Notes: generated from the letters alone by a model not told the origin. DNA of 64,000 bases from Candidatus Zixiibacteriota bacterium (GCA_020051695.1 JAGVQM010000019.1:79937-143936); one strand, 5' to 3'. Counted from the stretch's first letter, positions 1-9,550 are shown. A program made the numbers and translations.

Positions 1-252
1 TGAACGCACTTCGGCAAGGCCGGTTAAACCGGTAAGCGTCTGTTCGACTGGATACGTCACCAGTCGTTCGAGATCTTCCGGCGCCCATCCAGGGGCGGAG
101 ACATTGACTTGCACAAGGACCGGCGTGGTATCCGGAAACGCATCGAATGGCATATTCCACAGTGCGATCATGCCGAAAATGCAGAATACACCTCCCAAAG
201 CCAATACAGCATACCTGTACCGCAGTGTAAATTCGACCAATCGTCGCAGCAT
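1..252 (-). CDS. heavy-metal efflux RND transporter, CusA/CzcA family (N-terminal fragment, continues beyond window start)
   Basis: Minus-strand translation from the ATG at 252 gives MLRRLVEFTLRYRYAVLALGGVFCIFGMIALWNMPFDAFPDTTPVLVQVNVSAPGW...ERLVTYPVEQ. This is a typical HME-RND N-terminus (TM1 followed by the periplasmic loop), 8 nt downstream of the adaptor gene. It is absent from the ORF track because it is truncated by the window edge. Confidence 0.6.
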   Translation of the reverse strand, partial: MLRRLVEFTLRYRYAVLALGGVFCIFGMIALWNMPFDAFPDTTPVLVQVNVSAPGWAPEDLERLVTYPVEQTLTGLTGLAEVRS

Positions 253-260
253 GGCTCACC

Positions 261-1748
261 TCAACCGGCAGGCTCGATCCCGCAACAACCGGCACCGATG
301 CTTGTCTTCTTCAGTTCAGTTTTCAGGAGGAATGATCCGTCGACAACTATCTCTTCGCCCGGCTGGAGACCTGCGATCACCTGGTAATGTGACCCCCGTC
401 CGTCGGCAAGTTGCACTTTTCGCGGGCGATAGCGCTGAACGGACTCCTTGACAAAAACAACGTTGCAACAACCTTCCCACTGGACTGCATCTTTTGGTAT
501 CAGGGCGGTCTGTCCGTTCCGGGCATGAGTGATTGCCACACGGCCAAACTCCCCGGCCTGCAGCGGACGTGTTGGACCGATAATGCCGGCCCGCACTGTT
601 CCGGTACGGGTGTGGGAATCAAGAAAAGGAGATACCCAAATCACCTTTCCCCCCACACGGTCCAATCCCCATCCGTCTGAGGCAAAAGACAGGAGTTGCC
701 CCACGGAAACGGCCTTGATTTGTTCTTTGGTCAGTTGGGCTTCGATCCACATCGCGGAGGGGTCCACCAGTACCGCAAGGGCTCGGCCTCCCTCGAGCAG
801 TTCACCCGGTTGCGCAATTCGCTGCGCAACCAAACCGTCGCCGGGTGCGCGCAAGGCAAATGTATGCGAAATGGTCCCGGTCTCGATCAACGCATCTATA
901 TCCTGGTCACTGATTCCCGTTGAAAGCAGCAGTCCTCGCGCACCTGTAAATTCGGCATGAGCCCGTTCGGCAAGCGCGGCCTGACGTTCATAATCACTCT
1001 CACTGACCAGGCGCCGGGCTTTCAGCTCCTCGTGGCGGTCCAGCTCATGCTGCTGTACCTGGTACTCGACGTGGGTCGACAATAATTTGGCCTGCAACTC
1101 CGGCATTTCCGAAGACTGCACTATCGCCAAGATATCGCCCTGCCGCACGACTTCGCCCGGAGAAATCTGCCAGCGAACGACGAGTACCGGGATTGCCGTG
1201 GCTATGACGGTTTTATTGCTCTCATCGAACACGACCTCTGCCGGAGCTTCCAGCACGGATTCATAAGGAGCTGCGACGACTTGTTGAATTGAGATACCCG
1301 ATTTTTCGGCAGTCCTTGCTGACGCGAATTGAATGAGAGCGCCATCGGTGGCGCATACAGCCGCATTCGGCCGAAAAAACAATGATACCGTAATTGCCGT
1401 ATCGGCCGATTCCGGTGAGCGTGGATGCGGAATTACCTCTGGTGGGAACGTGAGATTCGGATTACACAAACGGCAGTGCGACTCGGGCACGCCGTGGTCG
1501 GCGCACCAATCTCCCGATGCCATAAACGTGCCGATCAGGGCAGGGTTGCACTGGGTGCATACGGATTCAGGAACGCGATGTTCCACGCACCAGTCTAGTC
1601 CCCCCGCATTTGCCGTGATGACTGAGTCCCGATTCGTTAAGGCGGTGTCCGCGTGAATGACGTCACGCCTGACCGATACTACTGCTGTCGTGATTACAAT
1701 TCCGACAACCAGCATTGAAGTACCAAAGAACAATATGTGCGATTTCAT
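261..1748 (-). CDS. efflux RND periplasmic adaptor subunit (CusB/CzcB-like) with duplicated Cys/His metal-binding motifs at the N-terminus
   Basis: 495 aa. Signal/TM at the N-terminus, then repeated motifs (VEHRVPESVCTQCNP and CADHGVPESHCRLCNP), followed by HlyD-like barrel-sandwich and beta-barrel regions. Pump gene lies directly downstream. Confidence 0.8.
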   Translation of the reverse strand: MKSHILFFGTSMLVVGIVITTAVVSVRRDVIHADTALTNRDSVITANAGGLDWCVEHRVPESVCTQCNPALIGTFMASGDWCADHGVPESHCRLCNPNLTFPPEVIPHPRSPESADTAITVSLFFRPNAAVCATDGALIQFASARTAEKSGISIQQVVAAPYESVLEAPAEVVFDESNKTVIATAIPVLVVRWQISPGEVVRQGDILAIVQSSEMPELQAKLLSTHVEYQVQQHELDRHEELKARRLVSESDYERQAALAERAHAEFTGARGLLLSTGISDQDIDALIETGTISHTFALRAPGDGLVAQRIAQPGELLEGGRALAVLVDPSAMWIEAQLTKEQIKAVSVGQLLSFASDGWGLDRVGGKVIWVSPFLDSHTRTGTVRAGIIGPTRPLQAGEFGRVAITHARNGQTALIPKDAVQWEGCCNVVFVKESVQRYRPRKVQLADGRGSHYQVIAGLQPGEEIVVDGSFLLKTELKKTSIGAGCCGIEPAG

Positions 1749-1893
1749 ACTCGAAACTCCTTATGTCGCCAATTCCCGGATTCAGCCGGTGGTCCACCAC
1801 GAGAATGGCGCAATTCAAACCACGTCGCGGAAAATCTCGATGAGAATAATAAATTGTCTGCGGCCGCCAGAGTATGCGGGCCGCAGAAATGTA

Positions 1894-2208
1894 TCAAGCA
1901 AGAGCTTGGGGGGGACGGTCGACCCGATCAAACCATTCCTGTTCGAGCACAAAAGCAGGGGGCGGTTGAACATAGGGCAGGACGATCAAAGCTGAAGCAT
2001 AATCCGGATCGATCGACAGGCTGACTGCCACGTAATACGCGCAACTTACACAGTGGCATGTTGTTTGGCAGTTTTCACAACATCCGTCATCGCTGTTTCC
2101 GGACGCTATATCGCCTATTCCTGACTGTACGAAAGCTGCCAGGACAATAAAAAACGTCAGACCAAATAAGAAATAATGCCGGCCTGGTCGAATGCTGGTC
2201 AGATCCAT
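1894..2208 (-). CDS. hypothetical small membrane protein, Cys-rich C-terminal half
   Basis: 104 aa ORF with one TM helix and a CCENCQTTCHCVSCAYY cysteine cluster. A GC hairpin at about 1845-1880 could act as its terminator. Confidence 0.3.
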   Translation of the reverse strand: MDLTSIRPGRHYFLFGLTFFIVLAAFVQSGIGDIASGNSDDGCCENCQTTCHCVSCAYYVAVSLSIDPDYASALIVLPYVQPPPAFVLEQEWFDRVDRPPQALA

Positions 2209-2363
2209 CGGCTCTTAAACACTTAATCTCGAAATTGGCGCATTTCCATTGTGGACTATAAATATCACCTTTCTCTTAGAATACGCCGATAACCAGGGCT
2301 GTGTTGGCCGGAAAAACCGATTCTCTGACCGGCTCCTCCCTAACTCAGCGGAGGCTTGTTCAG

Positions 2364-2392
2364 TGTCCGGGGTTCGAATCCCTGCACCGCTA
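2364..2392 (+). other. tRNA 3'-end-like fragment (T-arm plus 3' acceptor strand), not a full tRNA
   Basis: GTCCGGGGTTCGAATCCCTGCACCGCTA has a canonical T-stem/loop (GGTTCGAATCC) plus a 7-nt acceptor strand CACCGCT. No complementary 5' acceptor strand (AGCGGTG) and no D or anticodon arms occur upstream. A T-run follows. Confidence 0.4.
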
Positions 2393-2418
2393 CTTTTTTT
2401 GCTTCAAAACGACAGGCG

Positions 2419-3633
2419 CTATTCAATTCCTATGATAGTCACGCCCATGCCATCTCGCCGCCAGGTATCCAGAGGCGGTGCGGTGCCTTCGGTCTCAAAG
2501 ACCGGGCACTGCGTCGCGCAGTTCGATCCACAGTTTGTCGTGCCATAGTATGCAGTATTTTCAGGTCCGCTGATCACTTCCATGGCGAATGTTACCACGC
2601 TTCCCGGAGTAATGGCCGGCCCTGGAAATAGGAAGCTGGTCGTTACATTGGCGTCAACGTCGTCGGTAAGCGTCACCGTGGTCAGACTGCGCCCAATCAA
2701 CGGACCGTCATAGGTCTCGCTACGAACGGTCATCGCAATCGTGTATTCCCCGGCGACCTGCGCCGAAACAAACAAGTCAACCTGAATCAATTTGCTGCCG
2801 GGATAACTCTCGGTATAAAATCCCCGCCTCAGGTGGTCGCCGCTGGTATTGGGCGGGCAATTAATAAGCGTGTCCGGCACGAATGACGCAAACACTGTAC
2901 CACTTGCCACATTGGAAACTTTTGACCAGGAACCACCAGGCAGTCTCGCTTTCAGCGCAAAATAGTAGCTCCCGGCGCCCCCGACATTCACCGTCATCGT
3001 TTCCGTTTCACCCGGTGCCTGCGGCACGGGTTCACCGGCCACGGACGCAGCTGTCTCCCACGTTTCTTCGGTTAACGGAGCCGTCGTGTAGCGCAGGTCG
3101 TATTCCGTCGCAGTGCCCTGCGTCCCTCCTGCCCAGGGTGACGTCCAACGCAAAACCATTGTATTCGCCGTCGCACTGACGCAGTGTAAATCACTCACCC
3201 CCGCCGGCGGTGGAACCGTTGTCGGGCAAATCACATTCGAAAGTACGGACCAGTTATTGGCATCATCGACGGTCTTGATTCCGAAACAATAGGTAGTGCC
3301 TTCCACCAGTCCGGTCACGGTCATCGTTTCCGCATTGCCGGATACGTGCGGAGCAGGCTCGCCCGCGGCTTGAGTCGCCGCATTCCAGTTGCCTTCAGTG
3401 AGTGACGTACCGGCATACCGAACGTCGTATGCCGCGGCGGTTCCGGTCGTAGTGTCATCACCCGGGGCGGTCCAGGTGAGCGTAATCGAAGTCCCAATCG
3501 AATCCGTGCACGCCAGGTCGCTGATCATCGCCGGCGGCGTACTTTCACTCGGGGCAGTGGATTCATCGTTTCCGCAAGACATGCCAGACACAACTCCGGC
3601 AATGACGATGAGATGAAGCACCCTGATCGACAT
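2419..3633 (-). CDS. lipoprotein with tandem fibronectin type III-like domains
   Basis: Start taken at the internal Met MSIRVLHLIVIAGVVSGMSCGN (lipobox). Two repeated modules of about 90 aa each carry the motifs TLTWTAPGDD...YDVRY and VLRWTSPW...YDLRY. Confidence 0.7.
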   Translation of the reverse strand: MSIRVLHLIVIAGVVSGMSCGNDESTAPSESTPPAMISDLACTDSIGTSITLTWTAPGDDTTTGTAAAYDVRYAGTSLTEGNWNAATQAAGEPAPHVSGNAETMTVTGLVEGTTYCFGIKTVDDANNWSVLSNVICPTTVPPPAGVSDLHCVSATANTMVLRWTSPWAGGTQGTATEYDLRYTTAPLTEETWETAASVAGEPVPQAPGETETMTVNVGGAGSYYFALKARLPGGSWSKVSNVASGTVFASFVPDTLINCPPNTSGDHLRRGFYTESYPGSKLIQVDLFVSAQVAGEYTIAMTVRSETYDGPLIGRSLTTVTLTDDVDANVTTSFLFPGPAITPGSVVTFAMEVISGPENTAYYGTTNCGSNCATQCPVFETEGTAPPLDTWRRDGMGVTIIGIE

Positions 3634-3765
3634 CGATACCTCCCGGTGGATGTTCACGTCGATAAAACGAAACTCTGCTCTTTTCCCAATATACCCCACA
3701 CTGAGCAGGGGGCAAGATTACAAATGTCAGTGAATTTCGCCAAAATTGCCAAGAACTATCCACCC

Positions 3766-3795
3766 GTATCCCGGGTTCGAATCCCGGCACCGCTG
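3766..3795 (+). other. second tRNA 3'-end-like fragment, same orientation as the first
   Basis: CCCGGGTTCGAATCCCGGCACCGCTG has a perfect T-arm (CCGGG/CCCGG) and the same CACCGCT acceptor strand as the fragment at 2364-2392. No 5' half is present. A T-run follows. Confidence 0.4.
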
Positions 3796-3881
3796 TTTTT
3801 TGTACATCGGCAGTGTCGTAGTTGGTACTTCGGCCGGGATTATTCAAGCGGCACGGGACCTGGGTGAGATGTTTACTCTTA

Positions 3882-4595
3882 TCACTTACGCTCACTCCGT
3901 CGGGCCACGTCTTCCATCAGATCGAGTTGTACTTTCTGGATCTCCAGCAAGCGCTGCCACGAATGGTTCATCAATTGATCGAGCTTGACATGCAATTGCC
4001 GGATTTCGATTTCCGCCTTTAAATTCACCTGGTAGTCGTGCTCAGCGCGCAGGCGGTCCTTGGCTTCCTGGCGGTTCTGGCTCATCATGATAATCGGCGC
4101 CTGGAGTGCGGCCAGACAGGACAGGATCAAATTGAGCAGGATGAAGGGATACGGATCGTACGGCCGTTGCAGCAAGACATAGGAGTTTATGACAATCCAT
4201 ACACCCAAAATCAATCCAAACAAAATAATGAAGCGCCAACTCCCGCCGAACGCGGCCACTTTGTCGGCCAGGCGCTGACCGACGGACAACTCCTGGTCGA
4301 ATTCGGGGTTGATGTTTCGCGCCAGGACCTCATGCTCTCGCAGGTTTTCAATCACGGCGTTTTCCGTCGCGGTCAGTTCTCCGCGTTGCGCCTCCAGCGC
4401 CTGTTCGACATACGTGGTGCGGTACTGGTTGAGGCAGGACAGGCAGATGATGGGTTTCGCGTCCCAGTCGGGATGTTGCTGATGAATGAGTTCTCCGACA
4501 GGACCATGCACCATATCCGCCGGTCGCCCCTCTCGCATCGGTTTGGTATGCTCGCAGATCGGGCACACAAAGGAATTCTGTTCGCTTGTAGTCAT
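3882..4595 (-). CDS. DUF1003 family membrane protein
   Basis: 237 aa. N-terminal CxxC...CLSC zinc-ribbon-like motif, then LADKVAAFGGSWRFII followed by two TM helices and a C-terminal coiled coil, as typical of DUF1003. Confidence 0.7.
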   Translation of the reverse strand: MTTSEQNSFVCPICEHTKPMREGRPADMVHGPVGELIHQQHPDWDAKPIICLSCLNQYRTTYVEQALEAQRGELTATENAVIENLREHEVLARNINPEFDQELSVGQRLADKVAAFGGSWRFIILFGLILGVWIVINSYVLLQRPYDPYPFILLNLILSCLAALQAPIIMMSQNRQEAKDRLRAEHDYQVNLKAEIEIRQLHVKLDQLMNHSWQRLLEIQKVQLDLMEDVARRSERK

Positions 4596-4623
4596 CCGGC
4601 CATTTCCCTTTGGGCAAAGTGTA

Positions 4624-5124
4624 TTAATTTATCAGCCAAATCTTAAAATTCAGAGCCGTGGCGAACCCGACCCACAACACATAGGGTATAAAGAGTATGC
4701 CCGCCGGTCTATTTATTCTCCAGAAGAGCAACGTGGTGGCGCCAACGAGCAGCAACAGCCCAAGGATATCAACCAGAGCTGAACCGATTGACTGCCTGCC
4801 GAAAAACGACCATGACCACAGACCATTGAGCAGCAGCTGCAATACATAGAACGAAAGCGAGATCCCCGCCGCTCGTCCGCGATAATCCCGCCACACCAGC
4901 CACGCGGCAACCGCCATCGACGCATATAAAAATGTCCAGACCGGCGCAAAAATCCATCCCGGCGGCGTCCACTCCGGTTTGGCCAGCGAGCGATACCACT
5001 CACCCGGCTGGAATTGCGCACCGAAAGCCGCAACGAGAAAGGTGAGCAAAAGCCAGAATAACAAACCGAGGACGGTCCGCGCGCGCGTACGCCTGCCGAG
5101 TTCCTGCATGTCCTGTCGTTGCAT
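4624..5124 (-). CDS. tspO: TspO/MBR family tryptophan-rich sensory protein
   Basis: 166 aa, five TM segments, Trp-rich (WYRSLAKPEWTPPGWIFAPVWTFLY), matching the conserved TspO core. Confidence 0.8.
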   Translation of the reverse strand: MQRQDMQELGRRTRARTVLGLLFWLLLTFLVAAFGAQFQPGEWYRSLAKPEWTPPGWIFAPVWTFLYASMAVAAWLVWRDYRGRAAGISLSFYVLQLLLNGLWSWSFFGRQSIGSALVDILGLLLLVGATTLLFWRINRPAGILFIPYVLWVGFATALNFKIWLIN

Positions 5125-5130
5125 GAACGA

Positions 5131-8055
5131 TTATCTCTTCTTGAACAGGTCTTTCAATTTATCCTTCAACTTTTCCCGGGCTTCTTTTTCTTTCTGCTCC
5201 AGCACTTGTTTTTGTTCGTCCAGCTTGCGCAGGACTTCCTGCTCGGCCACGGCTTTTAATGAATCAGCGACCGAGACCGCCGCAGCTTTCAACTGTTCGG
5301 CTGGCCCCTTGACAATATCGGCCAGTGATGTCTCGATCTTCGGGTCGGCGAGCGTACCGCGAATATTCACCTTGACCACGACTGTTTCATCGGTCAATGC
5401 ACTGATATCCTGTTTGATCAGGTCCGAAAGCAGCCGGTTTGCCCCGGCCTTAAGTTCTGCGGCCGGAATATTGATGGTGAGCAGATAATCCAGCGATTTG
5501 TCCAGCCCGTTCGAACCGGAAACCTGCATCTGGTACTGGTCGACGGCAAAGGCGGTCGGGCGCACGAAAAAGCGGCCGTCGGTGATATGATAATTCAGCA
5601 GGAGGTCTTTCAAACCCGGGTCCCGCAGCCGGTCCAGGTTCAGCAGTTCGGCAACTTTATTTAGCGGCACAAAATCCTTTAACGCGCCCTGCAAGACCGA
5701 CAATGAACCGGAACTGAGGAATTTCGGCCAGACCGGCAGCAGCGTGGTATCCAAATCGGCATCGATGCTCAATGTCCCACCGGCCTGTCCCCGCATATAT
5801 TGCGCGATGGGGACGAAACGCTGGACAGTGACGAAGGTCGTGAACATCTCGGGAATTCCCAGCCGCTCGGCTTTCACATCCATGAACAAATGCGGCTTCT
5901 CCGGCGGAGTGTAACGATAAGTTCCAGTGGCCTCGACTGTGCCCTGCAGCGTATTGGCCTTCAAGTCCAGCAGGTTCAGTGTGCGGTCTTTAAGCAGCAG
6001 ATTCCCGGTGGCGTTGGTGATCGTCAGGTTGTCATACAGCACTTCCTTGAACGCCGCGGAAAGAAGCAACTCCATGCGTTCGGGCAATTCGACAGCCCGC
6101 AGCTTCTGACTTTCTCCCGCGACCCAGGGGTTCAGATCGCAGTAATCCGACCGGACAGTCAGGGTCCCGGCCAGTGTCCGGTTATCGAACAGGTAGCCGA
6201 AGACGTTTTCCAATGTTCCTTTTGCCTGCAGATCACTTTTGTCATACCGACACTCCAGCGTGTCGAGGATGAATCCCTGCGGCGAAAGACGCAGCTTTGC
6301 CCTGGGCAGCCGCAGTTGTACCGGCAGGTCCGGCGCTGCATAGGCCACCTGTGAAAAATCAAGCAGCCCCGCAGCAGTAAACTTGTCCCATTGACTTTGC
6401 CTAATCGCCGAGACATTGCCGTCGATTCGCACATCAAAATTTACCCGCCCCTGCACGTCCGGCCGCCCCTCCGCCAGCAGGAAATCCGTCGCCCGGGCCA
6501 GGTTGATCCTGCCCGCCAGCCGGGCCGAAAGCAGCGGGTCAATCACCGGTGTTTTGATCTTTGCTGTGATTTCCAGCGAATCGTTTTCGATCTCGGCATG
6601 CAATTTTTGCACCTGAATGACCGTCTCGTCCAGGGACCCGCCGGGATTCTGGGCTCGGAGGTCCAGTTGTATCCGCTTTAGCGGCTGGGGCAGGGACGGA
6701 TGACTTAACGAACCGTCCGTCACCCCGCAGGTAATATCGAATCGCGGCACCCGTTCGTCCGCGACAACGCCGTCGATTTCGCCGCGCAAGATCAGACGGC
6801 CGCCAAGCTGCAGGTCGGCGAAATCGAATGTCCCGGAATCTGCCGGCAGCGGCAGCAGACGGGGTACCTCCTGCAAATTCACACTGCCGGCAAAACTGAG
6901 GTCGACATCCGGCGCGGAAATCGGGGTGCTGATCAACCCCTGAATATCGAATGGTTCGTCGAGGACCTCCAGATGGAATTTTTTCAGCGCGATCGTGGTC
7001 TCATCCAGAGTCTGCCCCGGGTTTTCCAGGCGGGCCGCCAGTTGGATGTGCTCGATGGGCGTGGGCGACGATGAATGCTGGATCACACCGTCGGTGACCA
7101 GCACATCGATCCCGAAAGCGGGAATGCGTTCAGCAGTGTTCGTTCCCGCAATTGTTCCCTCGACCGCCAGCTGTCCGTCGATTTTCAAATTCGCAAACTC
7201 ACCCTGGAAGACAGCCCGGACCAGCGAGAGGATGCTCTTAAATTCCGTTTTCGGTGAGCGAAAGCGCACGTCCAGCGCCAAACCTTCCGGCACCTGAGTG
7301 GCCCAGCCGTCAAAGGTGAGCAGCAATTCATTCAGGCGGACTTCATTTTCCTTGAATACGTATTTTTTCTTCTCGGCGTCGATGTCGAGGTCGGCCTTGA
7401 CCGCCACTTCCACGTGGTCGAGGTACGGGATGCCGCGAAATTGCAGGGTCATGCTGTCGATGGTTGTCGTGGTCGACAAGTCAAATTGCTGACGGTGAAA
7501 ATCGCCCTGACCCTCATGCTGCAGTCCGGTCAGTTGTAGGAAGATCTCCGCCGCCTCATCACGATACAACAACTGCGCATCACGGATTTCGTAGTGCTGC
7601 AGGGCCAAATCAAACGACCGCGCCGGTTTTTCGTCGGACGGAGGGATTTCCTCCGCGGCCGTTCTGGCGATGTCCCAGTTGACCTGCCCGTCCGCCAGGG
7701 CCCGGAGGCAGACACGCGGATGTATCAGGTACATCGAGGACATATCCACCTGCCCGCCGCCGATCAGATCGAACGGGTTCACCGTCGCCTGGAATTTCTC
7801 CAGCAGGAGCAGTGTATCACCGGCAAAAGGCGCGTGATTGATCAGCCGCGCATTATCGATAGTCACCGTCAGCCGGGGAAAATGACGGAACACGCTCAGC
7901 CCGAGATCGTCAAAATCCAGCGTGGCGTCGAGGTTTTTATTCGCCTCCTTTTTGACCAATTCGAGAATTTCACCACGGAACAGCAGGGGGACTACAATAA
8001 GCGCGGCGAGCAGGACGACGACGGCGGTTCCCACGATCCAGATCAATTTTTTCAT
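5131..8055 (-). CDS. AsmA-family / DUF748-like large outer-membrane-assembly protein
   Basis: 974 aa. Single N-terminal TM (MKKLIWIVGTAVVVLLAALIVVPLL), then a long beta-rich repetitive body and a C-terminal charged coiled coil, typical of AsmA/TamB-like proteins. Confidence 0.75.
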   Translation of the reverse strand: MKKLIWIVGTAVVVLLAALIVVPLLFRGEILELVKKEANKNLDATLDFDDLGLSVFRHFPRLTVTIDNARLINHAPFAGDTLLLLEKFQATVNPFDLIGGGQVDMSSMYLIHPRVCLRALADGQVNWDIARTAAEEIPPSDEKPARSFDLALQHYEIRDAQLLYRDEAAEIFLQLTGLQHEGQGDFHRQQFDLSTTTTIDSMTLQFRGIPYLDHVEVAVKADLDIDAEKKKYVFKENEVRLNELLLTFDGWATQVPEGLALDVRFRSPKTEFKSILSLVRAVFQGEFANLKIDGQLAVEGTIAGTNTAERIPAFGIDVLVTDGVIQHSSSPTPIEHIQLAARLENPGQTLDETTIALKKFHLEVLDEPFDIQGLISTPISAPDVDLSFAGSVNLQEVPRLLPLPADSGTFDFADLQLGGRLILRGEIDGVVADERVPRFDITCGVTDGSLSHPSLPQPLKRIQLDLRAQNPGGSLDETVIQVQKLHAEIENDSLEITAKIKTPVIDPLLSARLAGRINLARATDFLLAEGRPDVQGRVNFDVRIDGNVSAIRQSQWDKFTAAGLLDFSQVAYAAPDLPVQLRLPRAKLRLSPQGFILDTLECRYDKSDLQAKGTLENVFGYLFDNRTLAGTLTVRSDYCDLNPWVAGESQKLRAVELPERMELLLSAAFKEVLYDNLTITNATGNLLLKDRTLNLLDLKANTLQGTVEATGTYRYTPPEKPHLFMDVKAERLGIPEMFTTFVTVQRFVPIAQYMRGQAGGTLSIDADLDTTLLPVWPKFLSSGSLSVLQGALKDFVPLNKVAELLNLDRLRDPGLKDLLLNYHITDGRFFVRPTAFAVDQYQMQVSGSNGLDKSLDYLLTINIPAAELKAGANRLLSDLIKQDISALTDETVVVKVNIRGTLADPKIETSLADIVKGPAEQLKAAAVSVADSLKAVAEQEVLRKLDEQKQVLEQKEKEAREKLKDKLKDLFKKR

Positions 8056-8362
8056 ATATGCCCCACTTCCTTTTCAACCAATTTATACGCTCAAGCCGGA
8101 TGATCACGAGCTAATTTCGGTCTCGCGTTCGGCGGCCGCCGCTGAAGCGGGACGACGGGAGTTGCGTTTTATCTGTCCGCTGGAAATGCGCATGTCCGGC
8201 CGCCAATACACTATATTGCATGGCAATAAGTTCCGTCATTACTTGCCGCCCCCAAGGGAGTGTATTCCGGGACCACCCGGGGTTGGGCGCCACGCGGTTG
8301 TTTCCCCCACTTCCCGCAGACCGTTCGCCACGGCAGCGCGTTTCGCAACCGGTGTTATTCGC

Positions 8363-8397
8363 TTGACAAATAAGAGTTGCTACTAATTAATAGTAAC
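8363..8397 (+). promoter_or_regulatory. sigma70-like promoter (TTGACA, 17-nt spacer, ATTAAT) overlapped by a near-palindromic candidate PerR/Fur operator GTTGCTACTAATTAATAGTAAC
   Basis: TTGACA lies 35 nt upstream of the Fur-family start. The 22-mer is 18/22 self-complementary around a TAATTAAT core and abuts the ATG at 8398. Confidence 0.45.
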
Positions 8398-8862
8398 ATG
8401 CAAAAGTGGACCGGCACAACAACACCGGAAATGCTGCGCGCCGGATGTCGGGAGTACGGGTTGCGCATCACCCCGCAACGCACGGCGGTCTATGAGGAAG
8501 TGTGCCGGTCCGGTACACACCCCACCGCGGAAGAATTGCACGCCGGCGTCAGGCGGCGTTTCGCAAACATTTCACTGGATACAGTCAATCGGACGCTGCT
8601 TACGTTTGCCCGCATCGGGTTGATTGAGATCATCGAGGGGTATGGCGGCCCACGGCGGTACGATCCGAACCGCACTTTGCACCATCACCTGCATTGCCTG
8701 CGCTGCGGGACGGTAGTAGATTTTTATCACGAGGAATACGACACTCTTGCGGTCCCGGCAAACCTCCAACACAAATTCAAGGTCCTCAGCAAAAAGGTTA
8801 TATTGAAGGGTACATGCGGCCGGTGTCAGAGCATAAAGAAAAAACATCACGACAGAAAATAG
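8398..8862 (+). CDS. Fur-family transcriptional regulator (PerR-like)
   Basis: Winged-helix N-terminus, HHxHxxCxxC motifs (HHHLHCLRCG) and a C-terminal CxxC. Immediately upstream of rubrerythrin and rubredoxin. Confidence 0.8.
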   Translation: MQKWTGTTTPEMLRAGCREYGLRITPQRTAVYEEVCRSGTHPTAEELHAGVRRRFANISLDTVNRTLLTFARIGLIEIIEGYGGPRRYDPNRTLHHHLHCLRCGTVVDFYHEEYDTLAVPANLQHKFKVLSKKVILKGTCGRCQSIKKKHHDRK

Positions 8863-8874
8863 AAGGGAGCAGAA

Positions 8875-9396
8875 ATGGGCAAGACCGAGAAAAATCTGCA
8901 GGAAGGTTTTGCGGGTGAATCACAGGCCCGCAACAAGTACACCTATTTCGCGAAGGTGGCCCGCAAAGAAGGGTACCATTACATTGCCCGGATTTTTGAG
9001 GAGACCGCAGAGAATGAACAACGCCACGCCAAGGACCAGTTTGTCCTGTTGGGCGGGCTGGGCGATACCGCCGCTAATTTGCAGGAAGCCATCGACGGCG
9101 AACACTACGAGACGACCAAGATGTACCCCAAGTTCGCCAAGGACGCCGAAGCCGAAGGCAAAAAAGCCGAAGCCGCGCTGTTCAAACTGATCGCCAAAGT
9201 CGAGGCGCACCACCGCGACCGCTATAAAAAACTCCTGGAAATGGTGAAAAACGGCACGGTGTACAAACGGGAAGAACCGATCAAGTGGAAATGCAGTGTC
9301 TGCGGCTATATCCACGAGGGCAAAGAACCGCCGGCCAAATGCCCATGCTGCAAACACCCACGGGAATACTACGAACCGGCCAATCTGGATATCTGA
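8875..9396 (+). CDS. rbr: rubrerythrin
   Basis: Diiron ferritin-like domain (ExxH motifs: EGFAGESQARNKY...EETAENEQRHAK...EAHHRDRY) plus a C-terminal rubredoxin-like CxxC...CxxC (CSVCGY...CPCC). GGGAG ribosome-binding site. Confidence 0.9.
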   Translation: MGKTEKNLQEGFAGESQARNKYTYFAKVARKEGYHYIARIFEETAENEQRHAKDQFVLLGGLGDTAANLQEAIDGEHYETTKMYPKFAKDAEAEGKKAEAALFKLIAKVEAHHRDRYKKLLEMVKNGTVYKREEPIKWKCSVCGYIHEGKEPPAKCPCCKHPREYYEPANLDI

Positions 9397-9406
9397 GGGG
9401 TTGGGG

Positions 9407-9550
9407 ATGGCAGTTTACAGGTGTGAGGTCTGCGACTATGAATACGACGAAGGTCGGGAGGACGCCCGGTTCGACGAGTTATCGGACGAATGGGTCTGCC
9501 CGGAGTGCGGCGCTGCCCGGCTGTATTTTGTAGTCGTGGAAAATGATTAA
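9407..9550 (+). CDS. rubredoxin
   Basis: 47 aa MAVYRCEVCDYEYDE...WVCPECGAARLYF with two CxxC pairs. The ORF-track ORF starts upstream; the internal ATG at 9407 follows a GGGG-rich ribosome-binding site. Confidence 0.85.
   Translation: MAVYRCEVCDYEYDEGREDARFDELSDEWVCPECGAARLYFVVVEND

Noticed and set aside
8111-8386. Short ORFs between the AsmA and Fur-family genes
   Set aside because: This is the intergenic promoter region. The ORFs lack ribosome-binding sites and have no coding-like composition.
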